From Patescibacteria group bacterium (lineage in GTDB: Bacteria > Patescibacteriota > Patescibacteriia > CAIXNZ01): 64,000 bases of DNA. Position numbers and translations under genes: made by a program. The stretch spans positions 5,425 to 69,424 of the forward strand of contig JAQTMG010000004.1 of the NCBI GenBank assembly GCA_028714455.1, read 5' to 3'. Below, piece by piece: positions 48,101 through 56,839 of this stretch. A model generated the notes under the pieces. It was not told the origin of the DNA and ran no database searches. It saw nothing but the letters and a program-made list of their open reading frames with translations. How positions within the stretch are numbered: the first letter of the stretch is position 1; each line of letters starts with the position of its first letter.

Positions 48101-51100
48101 TCAATTTACTAACCTTGATGAGGTTTCGCAGGGGGGTGAGGGTTTGCATTATTATACGTATCTAAAACAGTGCATCAAGCCGAACATAGGTCTTGGTGAG
48201 AAGGCCTACTTTACCTGGCAGAGCTCGGCGACCGGTTCGCCCAAAATTATCAGATATCAATTAAAACAAGTATTGGTCAGCGATCAGCAAAAATACCCGG
48301 AGGCAAATCTTGCCCTGGGTTCACCGATGACGATTGATTTGAGCGGCGAGTGTGATTCGGCCGGCAATCCCAATTGTCTGGAATTTTTTGACGACGGCGG
48401 CAACACTTATAGGCGCGATTTAACTCTCACGATATCGGTTTCCGATGATTGTCATCCTCTGCGAAAAGAAGATTCTGATGAGACAAATTGCACAGCGACT
48501 AACGGGAACTGGCTGAACAACGCTTGTATTTATAACGCTATTCCTTCGGAAAATACTTCTTGTGGCGCCGAGGCCGTTGGCTGCCGTGCTTATACGGGTA
48601 ATCGGGGGAATAATATTTTCAATTTGATAAATGACGATTTTGAAAATGCCAGCGCGGCTTCAGCCGGCTGGTCAAGCGGTTCTCGATCAAACGAATCAAT
48701 CGCGCTGGGTGGTCATTCATTATTCGTGGGGTCAGGCAGCACTTCCAAAAGCGCGCCGCTGGCAGCCAATAATTTGTACACGATTTCTTTCTGGGCTAAA
48801 ACCGATAACACTTCGTTGGAAAACATAAGCGCTGGTTTTGATAAGATCGCCAACAGCCCAAGCCAATTCAGCGTCAGCGCGGTCTGGCAAAATTTTACTG
48901 TCGGACCCATTTCAATTAATTCTAATTATCCGGATAACAATCTTATTTTTTCCGGCATCAACCAAAATATTTATCTGGACAATATAATAGTCAAGAGAAC
49001 GAGCGACCAGCTTTACGCCGTTAAAAACAGCTGGGTCGGCAAGATTCCCGCCTCCTGCGATACGCCGAGTGTCGGCGCCATGCTCGGCTGCGAGGCCTAT
49101 CAAAATACAGCCGGTCAGAATTTTTATTTCAAATCATTTACGAATCTTTGCGCCGAGAATAAAGTCGGTTGCCAGCTTTTGATTGATACGCAAAATTCTT
49201 TAAGCCCGGAGGCGCAGACATTCAGCCAATCAAATAATCCGGCCGATGATTATGTCGTGCCCGCCGATTCACAGGATGTACCTTATGTGCTTAACGATCA
49301 ATACAAGTGTCTGCCGGCGGATAAGGGTTGCCAGCTGCTGGGCAAACCGGTTTCGGTAAATTTTATCGATGTCTATTTGAAAAATGATCCGGATAAATAT
49401 ACTAACGTGGCTAATCCGATAATGTGTAAAGCCGAAGCGGTCGGCTGCACGGAATTGATAAATGACACGGGCGGCAGCGAGTTTTACCAGATCGATTCAA
49501 CCAAAATTTGTGCTTTCGACGAGCAAGCCGGCCAGTGGCTCTTGGGCGGTTCCGGCTGTTACGCTTCAAGCCAGAATTTAAATCCCTACACGATACTGCC
49601 CACGACAGATCAAAATTATGACGGCAAGGTCGGAGCTTGTCCCGGCCGCTATAACGGTTGCACGCAATTTTCCACCTACAGCCAGACTCAAGGCAATGAG
49701 GCCGAAAAATTGCTCGACGATAATTATTTTGCGCTGGACACCGGCAATACTTTAGACCGCTCAAGCTGCAGTTCAGTTGATTGGAATTCCGGCTGCGTCA
49801 GATTCCAAAACAGAGTAACCAACGCTCCGGAAGTTATTAAAGTAGACCGGGACCGCGATTGCGCGGAGTGGCTGGTCTGTAAAGAAAAAGACGCCAACGG
49901 ACTTTGTTTAAAAACCGGAGTCTGCGATCAGATGCAAAACGGCCAGTGCGCCGCCGGGCACATATTGGAATCGTGTAAAAAGTACGATAATCCTTGCGAT
50001 TTGGCCGCCTGGAGCGATTGCGAAAATTGTTTACTTGAGAATCAATGTTTATCTCCTTCAAATTGTCCAAATTGCGACGCGCAAAATTGCTCCACCATAG
50101 TTACAAACTGCAGGCAAAACGGTTCGTGTCTCGCTACTCAACCCACTTGCGCCTTTGATCCGATTACTCATGTTTGTTCTCCGCAGGGAGATTGCGAAGT
50201 TGACAGTCTCGGCAACTGCGTCTCGATCTACGACAAACTTAAAGATGACGTCCGTTATAATTACGCGGGCGTGGCCATTCCGCTTCAAAGAATCGCCGCC
50301 CAAAATCAGGGCTATATCTACAGACTGGCCAGCGGTTCGGCTCTGGCGACAGACTTGAACACCTGGCAGGCCGGCGATTTCTCGGGCTACAGCGTGCCAG
50401 ACAGATATCCTGTCGAAGTCGAACTTGAATCGCCTCTGGGCCAAGGCTTTACTCTCTATCCAAAAGTTGCCGACATCGGTCAAAATTTGGACGGCCGTTA
50501 CGAAGAGCCTATCTGCAAGGTTTTCCCCTCATCTAATTCCCCGATGCCTTATGAAATGTCAGGTGTTTCCAAGACTAAACAACTCAATAACCTTTACAGC
50601 CCCAGTTATCAGGCGGATTTGAGCAGTCTGGGCAGCATGTGCTCTTATGGAGAAGTGACTGCTGGCGGAGTTACGACCAATTTCCCGATATCCATGGTTT
50701 ATCCAAGCCTGGATGCCAGCGGCAATATTCTCAAAGATGCCAACGGAAATATCATATATAAAACAAGCGGAGTACAAGATGTCACAAATATCTGCACGAC
50801 GCCGGCTTACCGCCAGGGCAAGTGGTGTACTGTAAATGGCGCACCAAAAACAGGTGATGATCCGGGCCAAACTTGTCCTTACAGCGATTCCAATCCGGCT
50901 AATGCCGCTTCAACATGTTCTCCTGTTGAAAATGTTAAGATTTATAACGGCATTGAGAATATGTGCCTGGAATACGATACCTTGAGCCCGGTTTATGCCG
51001 ATCTTTATAAAAATAGTTATGATGGGCCATACACGTGTTCGGGCGCCGCTGGTTTTGACGCAAATGTCTACGATAAAATATTGGTTGGCGGCAAAGAAAA

Positions 51101-51386
51101 GAGCGCTTACTGCACAAAAAATGACGGTCTTTATGACAACGGCAGTGCGCCAAAATATAATTATCAGACCTACGCCTGCCTGACCTATTTCCCGCTGGCC
51201 ATCGACGTTTGTCCATATTACAAGACAAAAGCCAGTTGTCTGAATAATCCGGTTTGCAATTGGGGATTTTGCTATAGTTTTGATGCCAATGGCCGCCAGG
51301 TGATACAAACAAATTATTCAACGCAGGTAATTTGCGAAAAACAACCGGGATTTATCTGGCAGGATGAGCCGTGCCTAAGAAGATAA
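45111..51386 (+). CDS. Giant (2091 aa) secreted/surface protein, Cys-rich, with a lectin-like (LamG/CBM-like) module; first gene of the T4SS-like cluster
   Basis: N-terminal signal/anchor helix and more than 90 Cys. A central segment (...GGHSLFVGSGS...NLYTISFWAKTDN...) resembles a concanavalin-like beta-sandwich. Its stop lies 9 nt before the VirB6-like gene. Confidence 0.55.
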   Translation: MLGQKNSKINKVALITLSLIFIFSSSYLAFGWNVRQSHAQALVFDAPAFAHLTGTEILTKIYDEIKAVFFKNVLGSFANKIAEQTAIWVASGGNGAKPQFVTNFTEFTQGFADAAVGDFVQNIMKDLTGLDVCTLDPRLAINIVLNIPTFPGNENNKPSCTWTQMKNHWEEIGKSQLLTLNATLQPGGQFGQNVQQQNAAVQNNPTLRCWTSDLYSGHYVSATSCTPSSCSNSSDIFTCPAPAVQGALELSGKTLSDYSTVLSQDVSLMSAHALDGTTQAFSAGIGSYEVVPENIPLVRDKWLAKIDAQIAPLTALINKYGPCQGVDAVQFISGGNCNSVAQELGLNIQGTDLGNPNFPTLAAKVKGDLGQKTSYVYNSAQSIKSGYDYLKSQITQYFSPENFQGGAAYNSNMAKDFFNPDAFEFNAYATLTQKINEVGLQTFTQQQIDLTVNQGWKSATDKIGGYIETPSNLLRDKASEDLKQGKTASAYTNNIAADALGVFLETLWNQYTQRLLQGIANPKQAQESKKISIPGTLGQGTQGTTSRYSQDITTPEGVTKYIQDIGKQFQASYTYKDVNLLADFQLQITGLVNPNIYNNVIDSNFALAINDQQTIQEALDAGRLVGNYRFSWGSQLESGTYSLANIKKLRKARAVPIGLELAVELIRDCSLNPIGPLCASNKLPAGASPSDIAKFTLQEVIKGFDKSGNDGICGTLDSNESAFCNLVNPNWVLKIPLTKCSYESDLEPFGEILQSNDSSERYSRCTDFASCLQEDGKGGCQDEQYGFCVKEKNVWRLGAETCPADYDSCRTYTVRQGETTTTVSYLKNTLPGSGVCGPDNAGCQPYAYERVGTSWNAEKKIYLDANAETCDRTSEGCSLFWPSGDLKTAIGEKAPLYYRKPPAYLGCTGSTNDNPLCQNYMQICNAAEVGCQLYKPLNGDPSVPAVAKSTDLCPAECVGYSVYVQQPTAYEPEPVNLYNYFIAGAVSRCSLEQIGCSQFTNLDEVSQGGEGLHYYTYLKQCIKPNIGLGEKAYFTWQSSATGSPKIIRYQLKQVLVSDQQKYPEANLALGSPMTIDLSGECDSAGNPNCLEFFDDGGNTYRRDLTLTISVSDDCHPLRKEDSDETNCTATNGNWLNNACIYNAIPSENTSCGAEAVGCRAYTGNRGNNIFNLINDDFENASAASAGWSSGSRSNESIALGGHSLFVGSGSTSKSAPLAANNLYTISFWAKTDNTSLENISAGFDKIANSPSQFSVSAVWQNFTVGPISINSNYPDNNLIFSGINQNIYLDNIIVKRTSDQLYAVKNSWVGKIPASCDTPSVGAMLGCEAYQNTAGQNFYFKSFTNLCAENKVGCQLLIDTQNSLSPEAQTFSQSNNPADDYVVPADSQDVPYVLNDQYKCLPADKGCQLLGKPVSVNFIDVYLKNDPDKYTNVANPIMCKAEAVGCTELINDTGGSEFYQIDSTKICAFDEQAGQWLLGGSGCYASSQNLNPYTILPTTDQNYDGKVGACPGRYNGCTQFSTYSQTQGNEAEKLLDDNYFALDTGNTLDRSSCSSVDWNSGCVRFQNRVTNAPEVIKVDRDRDCAEWLVCKEKDANGLCLKTGVCDQMQNGQCAAGHILESCKKYDNPCDLAAWSDCENCLLENQCLSPSNCPNCDAQNCSTIVTNCRQNGSCLATQPTCAFDPITHVCSPQGDCEVDSLGNCVSIYDKLKDDVRYNYAGVAIPLQRIAAQNQGYIYRLASGSALATDLNTWQAGDFSGYSVPDRYPVEVELESPLGQGFTLYPKVADIGQNLDGRYEEPICKVFPSSNSPMPYEMSGVSKTKQLNNLYSPSYQADLSSLGSMCSYGEVTAGGVTTNFPISMVYPSLDASGNILKDANGNIIYKTSGVQDVTNICTTPAYRQGKWCTVNGAPKTGDDPGQTCPYSDSNPANAASTCSPVENVKIYNGIENMCLEYDTLSPVYADLYKNSYDGPYTCSGAAGFDANVYDKILVGGKEKSAYCTKNDGLYDNGSAPKYNYQTYACLTYFPLAIDVCPYYKTKASCLNNPVCNWGFCYSFDANGRQVIQTNYSTQVICEKQPGFIWQDEPCLRR

Positions 51387-51395
51387 AATTATTTA

Positions 51396-54377
51396 ATGAA
51401 AAATTTGAAAAAAAATAAAATATACTTGATGATTTTGCCGATCTGCATTTTTTCGTTATTTTTTGTTTGTCGGGAAACATTCGCGGCGGCAATAGCCTCG
51501 TCCGTATCGATTGTTGATGTTCTGCCAAGCATTCTAGCGCCGATTGTCATGGTTTTTGTGTCTTTCTTCGGGCAGCTTTTAATAACTTCTTTTAAGCTAT
51601 TAGTTTATGTGAGTAAATTTAATGATTTTATTAATTTTCCTTACGTAACAGTCGGCTGGACAATGTTGAGGGACGTGGTAAATATGCTTTTTATCGTCGG
51701 CTTGCTTTTCATCGCCTTTGTCACGGTTTTAAATGTGCAAAAATATGAATGGACCAAACTGCTTTTCCGCTTGCTGGTGATGGCGATTTTGGTCAATTTC
51801 AGCCGCACCATCTTGGGCCTGCTCATTGACGCCTTTCAGATAATAATGCTGACCTTTGTCAACGCTTACAAAGATATTGCCGAGGGAAATTTATTTGCCA
51901 TTTTAGGAATTCCAAATCTGGGAACATTTATACAGAACCCCGACAAAATTACAGACACACAAACGCTGGTGAGTATGCTGATGTCGTTAATTTTCATTGT
52001 TGTTTCTTTGATTGTAGTATTCATTTATTGTATTATCTTGGCGTTTAGAATAGTTGTTTTGTGGATTTTGATAATCGTTTCTCCACTGGCGTTTTTTTCC
52101 TGGGTTTTCGAGGGAGCCGTCAGCCAGTTGGGCAGTTTTTCCGGACAATTTTGGAGATATTTGTGGCAATATTTGTCAGTCGGGCCCATGCTGGCTTTTT
52201 TCCTTTGGCTGTCTCTCTCAACTCTGACCAACATGAACCTGCCCGTGGAAACTGGTTCGACAACCCAAGTCGGTTTGGGCTTGGCCGGTACTTTTGATAA
52301 TATCGCCAAATATTTATTTGCCATCTTGACTCTCGTAGCCGCTCTTGTGCTTACTTCGAGTTTTCAAGTCGCGGGCGCTTCTTACGCGGGCAGAGCAGTG
52401 AACTGGATGAAAGACCAGAGCGTCGGGCGCCTGGAAAGAGGCGCCAGGCGGGCCGCGGCCGGAGCAGGCTATATGGCCACCACACCAGTTCGTGCGCTTA
52501 AGCCCTATGCGACAGGAGTTGCCGAGGGTGTATCCCAAAAGCTGCAAGCCGGCAGATTTACCAAACTTTTGACAAGCGCGGGCCGAAAACGTACTTCTGA
52601 AGCCATGAGAGCCGATGCCGAGTCTTTGGTTTTATCTGGTCGCGCCGGTACTGCCGAACAAAGGAAAATTCAAGCCGAAAACGCGGAGAGTTATAAGAAA
52701 AACAGGCCAGATATCAACTGGGAAAATCCCAACGAAGTGCGGGAAAAGATTTTGGACAAAGAAATGAAAAAAACACCGGCAATTTTAAGAGATAAAGCAG
52801 CTCTGGAAGCCGCCTATACTGCTTTAGCTGATAAGGGTCAGCTGCAATACAATGATCTTAAAGAGATGCAGGGCAGCGGAGGGCTTTTGGATGGTAAAGG
52901 CAGAAGGAACAAGCAAATATTTCTTGAGGACATGGAGAAGCGGGTGGAAAAAGAAACAGGACGGCACAAATCATTTTCCGATTTGATATATAACGAAGAC
53001 ACAAACGAATACGAAGTCGTCAGCGATCTAATAGAAAAGGCAAAGATAGCAACGGCGGATACAAAAGATGAGGATTTATTAAATAGAATTGCAGACTTGG
53101 ATCCCAGCAAAATTACGAAAAAAGATACCGAAGGCATATACAAACTTGATAAGGATAGTGACGAATATAAGAGATTAGAAAGTTCAGACAATAAAAAAGA
53201 CGTAGATTTTCTCAATTATCTTAAAGGAAAGGAAGACAAGGGTGTACAAAAAGATTCCGAATTTTGGACAATAATGCGATCGAGTCAGGCAAAAAGTAGC
53301 AGGCGCAAAGAGGTGCAAAAAGGCATTGGTACTGCTAATCAGGAAAGGCTCAACAAATCTGCCAAGCAGACAGATTTATTGGATATTATGAAAAATCCAG
53401 TTGATTACGTGATGGCAGAGGGAAGGGGTCTTTTACAACAAATCCCCAGAATCGGCGGTTTGGATCAGCCAGGCCGTGACAATATTAAAACAAAGTTGCA
53501 ATTCATGTTTGGCTCTGGCGAAGAAAGAGCCAAGTTGATTGATAAAAATAAAAATTTGTTTGATCCATCATTGCACAATAAATCAGCAGATGAATTGGCC
53601 AAAATGGCTCAAATTAAAGAACTTGATAGACAGGTTAGTAATTTGAGCCTCGATGATTTGGAGAAATACCAAGACTTGGCAGTAGAGGTGTCTAGTAAAT
53701 TTAATACTATAGGTCAGAAACTCGACGGCGGTGAAGGTCAAAAAGATGATCATATTGAAGATAGAATTAAAACAAAACGCAAAAAAGAAACATTTACAGT
53801 GGGGGTTGAGCAGGAATTAGGCAAAGTCCTTGTTGGCTCTGGTTTTGCAGATGAAAGAAATAAAGCCATTAAATTTATTGACGTGCAGGCGGCTGATATG
53901 CTAAAGGCCACCGAGGGTATGGGGAAGGATGAAAGAGTTATAGAAATTGCCGATAGAATGGCGGGGGAACCTGATTCAGGGTTATTTGGTAGAGGAGAAA
54001 TCGCTCAAGAGATGACTAAATATTTATTGCAGAAAGAAAGCGAGATAAAAGCAAGGGATAAAATAGTAAAAGATAAGCAAAAAGAACTTGCTCAAAAAAT
54101 AAAACAAGGCTTAAGAAATGTGACAAATCAATTTAATTCAGGTCAAAAGAATCCCAAAGCGTTGCAGTTTTATTTTAAGGCATTGAGCAAAAATTTATCT
54201 AGTGATATAGAAAAAAATGCCCTGAATAAAGAACTTTTTAGTTATGATGCCTTGCAAAAACAATTTGACGATGCGATAAATTTAATAGAAGAAAAAGACA
54301 AAGCCGAATTTAATAAGAAGATGAAGGACATCAGGGATACATTTGACGGTTTGGGTCTTAAAGTAAAAGAAAAATAA
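51396..54377 (+). CDS. VirB6/TrbL-like polytopic membrane protein with a long charged C-terminal extension
   Basis: At least 6 predicted transmembrane helices lie in the first ~330 aa. A 650-aa Lys/Glu-rich coiled-coil-like tail follows. Its position before the PrgI-like and VirB4 genes matches Gram-positive T4SS gene order. Confidence 0.45.
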   Translation: MKNLKKNKIYLMILPICIFSLFFVCRETFAAAIASSVSIVDVLPSILAPIVMVFVSFFGQLLITSFKLLVYVSKFNDFINFPYVTVGWTMLRDVVNMLFIVGLLFIAFVTVLNVQKYEWTKLLFRLLVMAILVNFSRTILGLLIDAFQIIMLTFVNAYKDIAEGNLFAILGIPNLGTFIQNPDKITDTQTLVSMLMSLIFIVVSLIVVFIYCIILAFRIVVLWILIIVSPLAFFSWVFEGAVSQLGSFSGQFWRYLWQYLSVGPMLAFFLWLSLSTLTNMNLPVETGSTTQVGLGLAGTFDNIAKYLFAILTLVAALVLTSSFQVAGASYAGRAVNWMKDQSVGRLERGARRAAAGAGYMATTPVRALKPYATGVAEGVSQKLQAGRFTKLLTSAGRKRTSEAMRADAESLVLSGRAGTAEQRKIQAENAESYKKNRPDINWENPNEVREKILDKEMKKTPAILRDKAALEAAYTALADKGQLQYNDLKEMQGSGGLLDGKGRRNKQIFLEDMEKRVEKETGRHKSFSDLIYNEDTNEYEVVSDLIEKAKIATADTKDEDLLNRIADLDPSKITKKDTEGIYKLDKDSDEYKRLESSDNKKDVDFLNYLKGKEDKGVQKDSEFWTIMRSSQAKSSRRKEVQKGIGTANQERLNKSAKQTDLLDIMKNPVDYVMAEGRGLLQQIPRIGGLDQPGRDNIKTKLQFMFGSGEERAKLIDKNKNLFDPSLHNKSADELAKMAQIKELDRQVSNLSLDDLEKYQDLAVEVSSKFNTIGQKLDGGEGQKDDHIEDRIKTKRKKETFTVGVEQELGKVLVGSGFADERNKAIKFIDVQAADMLKATEGMGKDERVIEIADRMAGEPDSGLFGRGEIAQEMTKYLLQKESEIKARDKIVKDKQKELAQKIKQGLRNVTNQFNSGQKNPKALQFYFKALSKNLSSDIEKNALNKELFSYDALQKQFDDAINLIEEKDKAEFNKKMKDIRDTFDGLGLKVKEK

Positions 54378-54379
54378 AT

Positions 54380-55687
54380 ATGGATTTAGTAAAAATAAAA
54401 AAAGGCGACCTTGGTCAGCTGGAACCAATTTTTGACAAAATTATACAAGATAGCCGGTTGGGAGAGAAGAACGATGTTATATTAGACATCTTGGGCGATG
54501 TTATATCGGGAGCAACCGATATTTTAGATGTGCCGACGATTTTCAGCGACGCATTAAAAATTGATTTTGGCAGAGCTGTTGAGTTGGCATATGAGTTAGA
54601 TACTCAAATAGTGCAAAAAAAATCGCAACTGGAATCGATAAAAAAGAATTTAATGAAAAAAAATTTAGTTGCCTTTTCACCCCAGACCATTGCCGATGAA
54701 TTTTTAGCAGAAATAAATTATAAGTTCACGGATTCTGCGTTAAAAAAAAGATACGATGATGCGATTTTAAGCTGGCTAAAAGGGACTAGGAAAGAAAATG
54801 ATTTAAGAGATGTTTTAACTCGTTCTGTAAAAATTGGCGGAGTCGGTATGAGCGAGGAAGCATATGGTAAACTGGCAGCACTTTTGGGAGAAAAGCAGCA
54901 GCAGATTGAATCAGGTCAAATAAATATGCCGCAGATAATCAGTGAGTACGAGGGTGGGGGAAATACCGAAGAGACAAATTTGTCAGAACCAGATATTGAT
55001 GTCTCGGCTAAAATAAAATTGGGCAAAGAGAGGCCGACTCAAGAAAACGGAGTCGGGATTCACCAGCTCCTGCAAGAGAAAGGAATAAATTTTAATGAGC
55101 TGTCCAGAATTGAGAAAATAAAGCGTGAGCTGGGAGACATTGAGAGGGTACCGGAAGTCAGCGGCGATTTTGCCAAAGACGTGGTTGAGGAGGAAGAATT
55201 TTTAGCCAGCAAAAAAGAAATCGCGCCGCCCGCCTTTGCGCCAAAACCGTCAGCAGCGCCGAGACAAACCGTCCAGAAAAATTTCAACGTTAAAAACGAA
55301 TCTCCTGTCCAGTTTAAGCCAAGACCGGCGGTCAGAGAAAGACCAAGGATGGAAGACGTTAAATTTACCGAGCAGAAATTATACGGACCGATTGACGAGT
55401 TGGCGGCGCTGACCATCACTGATTTTCGCCGACTGTCTAGAGATCCCGGGGAAGCGGCTTTGAAAATTTTGGGCAAGCTGGATTTACTAGAAGACGAGTC
55501 TCTGGTGAAAAAAACGCAGGGAATCGAAGCGCTAAAAAGCAGCCCACTTTATAAACTTTACGCGCAGACAATGAATCTGGCCATGAGTCAATCAAAGTCG
55601 ATTGAACAAGTGATTAATGAAAATAAAAATATTTCGCTGCCCGAGTATAAGGCGATAGTGGAATTAAATCAAAAATTAAAGTACTGA
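54380..55687 (+). CDS. Hypothetical acidic soluble protein within the T4SS-like cluster
   Basis: 435 aa with no transmembrane helix. Translationally coupled: its start lies 3 nt after the upstream stop. Confidence 0.5.
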   Translation: MDLVKIKKGDLGQLEPIFDKIIQDSRLGEKNDVILDILGDVISGATDILDVPTIFSDALKIDFGRAVELAYELDTQIVQKKSQLESIKKNLMKKNLVAFSPQTIADEFLAEINYKFTDSALKKRYDDAILSWLKGTRKENDLRDVLTRSVKIGGVGMSEEAYGKLAALLGEKQQQIESGQINMPQIISEYEGGGNTEETNLSEPDIDVSAKIKLGKERPTQENGVGIHQLLQEKGINFNELSRIEKIKRELGDIERVPEVSGDFAKDVVEEEEFLASKKEIAPPAFAPKPSAAPRQTVQKNFNVKNESPVQFKPRPAVRERPRMEDVKFTEQKLYGPIDELAALTITDFRRLSRDPGEAALKILGKLDLLEDESLVKKTQGIEALKSSPLYKLYAQTMNLAMSQSKSIEQVINENKNISLPEYKAIVELNQKLKY

Positions 55688-55688
55688 T

Positions 55689-56108
55689 ATGCCCGGACCA
55701 TTCGCGGTGCCACAATTTATAGACGCGGAAAATAAAATCTTCGGCCCGATCACGACCAGACAATTTTTGATTATGATGGTGGCGGGGATGCTGGATTTTA
55801 TTTTTTACAAGATATTCTTTTTTAATATTTTTATAGTAATAGCGGTAATTACGACAGGTGTTTTCGGCATATTTGCGTTTTTACGCATCAACGGCGTGGC
55901 CTTTCATATTTTTTTCCTGAATCTCGTCTTGACATTGAGAAGACCGAGACTGCGCCTCTGGCACAAAGAAGAAATAAAATCGCTGCCGCCCGTTGAAAAA
56001 GTTGAAATAAAAAAGGAATTTATACCCAAGCCGGCGATTTCGAGTTCGCGCTTAACGAGCTTGTCGCTGGTCGTTAACACGGGCGGCGCCTATAAAGAAG
56101 AAGAATAA
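55689..56108 (+). CDS. PrgI/VirB3-like small membrane protein
   Basis: 139 aa. The N-terminus VPQFIDAENKIFGPITTRQFLIM is followed by two transmembrane helices, the pattern of PrgI-family proteins that precede VirB4 in Gram-positive T4SS. Confidence 0.4.
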   Translation: MPGPFAVPQFIDAENKIFGPITTRQFLIMMVAGMLDFIFYKIFFFNIFIVIAVITTGVFGIFAFLRINGVAFHIFFLNLVLTLRRPRLRLWHKEEIKSLPPVEKVEIKKEFIPKPAISSSRLTSLSLVVNTGGAYKEEE

Positions 56109-56173
56109 TGAACCACTAAAATATAATCACTAAATACACGAAAATTTAGCGGTTGTTATAAAAAATAATTACT

Positions 56174-56830
56174 ATGGCAAAAACTTCAACGCAACAATAT
56201 CTGGATATCGCCGAGATAAGAGACAACACGGTTGTGCTTAAAGACGGCACCTTAAGAAGCATAATTTTGTGTTCCAGCATTAATTTCGCCCTTAAATCAG
56301 AAGATGAGCAGAACGCCTTGATTATGGGCTACGTTGAATTCTTAAATTCGCTGGAACATCCGCTGCAGATAGTCGTGCAATCTAGGAAACTAGACATCGA
56401 AGAATATATAAATCGCCTGAAAGAAGCCGAGAAAAAACAAGCGAATGAATTATTACGGATCCAGATCAACAGCTATCTAGATTTCATTAATCAGCTGGTT
56501 GAGATTGGTGAGATTATGACGAAGCGTTTTTTTCTGGTTGTGCCGTACAATCCCTTGGGCAATAAGGGCAAAGGTTTTTTTGCGCGTTTAAAGGAGGCAT
56601 TTAGTCCCAGCGCCCAGATAAAAATAAAGAGAGAGAAATTTATTCAATATAAGCAAGAGCTGGATCAGCGAGTCGCCAATATACAATCATCCCTCAATTC
56701 GATGGGGCTCGACAGTGCTACTTTAGACACCCAGGGATTAATAGAACTTTTTTATAACATATATAACCCCAAGACCAGTCAGAATCAGAGGCTCCGTGAC
56801 GTGAGTCAGCTTGGAGTTGAAATCGTTTAA
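56174..56830 (+). CDS. VirB4 N-terminal domain, encoded as a separate ORF
   Basis: The sequence QQYLDIAEIRDNTVVLKDGTLRSIILCSSINFALKSEDEQ...FLNSLEHPLQIVVQS matches the N-terminal domain of PrgJ/TraC/VirB4 proteins. An in-frame TAA is followed 9 nt later by the ATPase ORF. Confidence 0.55.
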   Translation: MAKTSTQQYLDIAEIRDNTVVLKDGTLRSIILCSSINFALKSEDEQNALIMGYVEFLNSLEHPLQIVVQSRKLDIEEYINRLKEAEKKQANELLRIQINSYLDFINQLVEIGEIMTKRFFLVVPYNPLGNKGKGFFARLKEAFSPSAQIKIKREKFIQYKQELDQRVANIQSSLNSMGLDSATLDTQGLIELFYNIYNPKTSQNQRLRDVSQLGVEIV

Positions 56831-56839
56831 TATATTTTT

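Noticed and set aside
56828-56830. TAA between the VirB4 ORFs as a recoded sense codon
   Set aside because: There is no precedent for TAA reassignment in bacteria, and this genome uses UGA as a stop in prfB. A split gene or a nonsense or sequencing error is more parsimonious.
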